In this document: positions 62,892 to 64,000 of the stretch, piece by piece
How the letters are laid out: each line of letters begins with the position of its first letter
How positions within the stretch are numbered: position 1 is the stretch's first letter
From: Malacoraja senta
Taxonomy: Eukaryota
NCBI GenBank assembly: GCA_038087875.1
Contig: CM075999.1
Coordinates: forward strand, 3,908,001 to 3,972,000
Length of the DNA: 64,000 nt
Direction: 5' to 3'
The notes under the pieces: generated by a model
Seen by the model: only the letters and a program-made list of their open reading frames with translations
Database searches by the model: none
What the model was told of the DNA's origin: nothing
Made by a program: the position numbers and the translations under genes

Positions 62892-64000
62892 CCTTGTTGG
62901 AAGTTCAAGGGGAACATGAGTTACACAGATTTGGGAGAATCACCAACATTGACACGTTTTTCATCATCTGCATTTTCCCGAACATTAACTTCTTCAATAA
63001 CAAGTATCATTCCCTGACTTGTGATAAACAGGAATCACCAGGAACCATGATTATGTCTGTTCCATGAAGTATTATTTCAATTAAATATCACCCCTAGAAT
63101 CGGCACCAATTTAATTAAAGATCAATTTGAATGAGAACCAAGTGATGAGCCAAGGCAATGGGTAGCTAATATAGAGGCTGCTCCAGAGAGCAGTGGGCTC
63201 CTAATTTAGTTGGATTAGTGATAGGATTTACAGCAAGTATTAATGAAATCCTCCAGAAAATGGAGCTAGCAGGTTTGGCATGAAGGTTGCAAGAGTACGT
63301 GCTGCAATCTGAAGAAGGGTCTCAATCCGAAACATCACCTATTCCTTTTCTCCACAGATACTGTGTGACCTGCTGAGTTACTCCAGCATTTTGTGTCTAT
63401 CTTCGGTTTAAACCAGCATCTGCAGTTCCTTCCTACATGACAAGTGTCTTTATCGTGGTCTTGGGTGAACAACCCTTTACCTGGAGAATCTGCCTGCAGT
63501 TTTAGACCACACACCAGAAGGAACCATCTCAAAGCATCTACTCTGTCAATGCCATTGACCTTGTGGTCCAACTAACCAGACCTCACCACGTGACAATGTG
63601 CTGGAAGAGTGTGCATGCAAATCAGGCACTGACTTTATTATTGAAAGTAATAATAAAAAGAATGCCAGCAATTTTCTATATTTTATTCAGATATGAAGGG
63701 GTCAGTGATCTTATTGCAATTTACCAAATAATGAAAGGCCTGGATTAAGTGGATGTTTCCACTAGTGAGAGAGTCTAGGACCAGACGGCACAGCCTTGGG
63801 ATAAAAGGACATAGTTTTAGGAAGGTACCATCAGGCTCTTGAACACTGACTGCACAACACTAACCTCATGAACTGCGATCTTCTGTGAACTGTCTTTGGT
63901 TGCTCTATGGACTTTGTTTTTGCATTGTTATGGTTAGCAAGCATTATTGATTATTGATTTATTGTATTGGTGATAATGGTATATTTATCGGTTGTTGCAT

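Overview
Vertebrate genomic DNA, most likely a cartilaginous fish (skate or ray), inferred from HE1/V-SINE-like, CR1, Rex1/Babar and Penelope-type repeats. Two complete spliced genes can be assembled by hand: zbtb8os/archease (minus strand, 7 coding exons, 165 aa, 6333-17115) and iqcc (plus strand, 5 coding exons, 244 aa, 17250-28388). They lie head-to-head, with only 134 bp between the ATGs. The remaining ~35 kb has no recognisable coding exon and is rich in retroelement debris. The most striking structure is a family of Penelope-like element (PLE) termini carrying minimal hammerhead-ribozyme cores (CTGAAGA-A-GGGT[loop]RCCC-GAAACGTH). These occur in two young RT+GIY-YIG PLE copies and in about 20 non-autonomous copies, arranged as solo units, fold-back units with target-site duplications (TSDs), and 66-nt tandem arrays. 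Also present: a G-rich minisatellite that arose inside a LINE RT motif, a perfect 31-bp inverted repeat covering a splice-donor-like site, a solo LTR, and a CpG-rich intronic insert. Repeat boundaries are approximate, repeat family names come from motif recognition, and no database searches were run.
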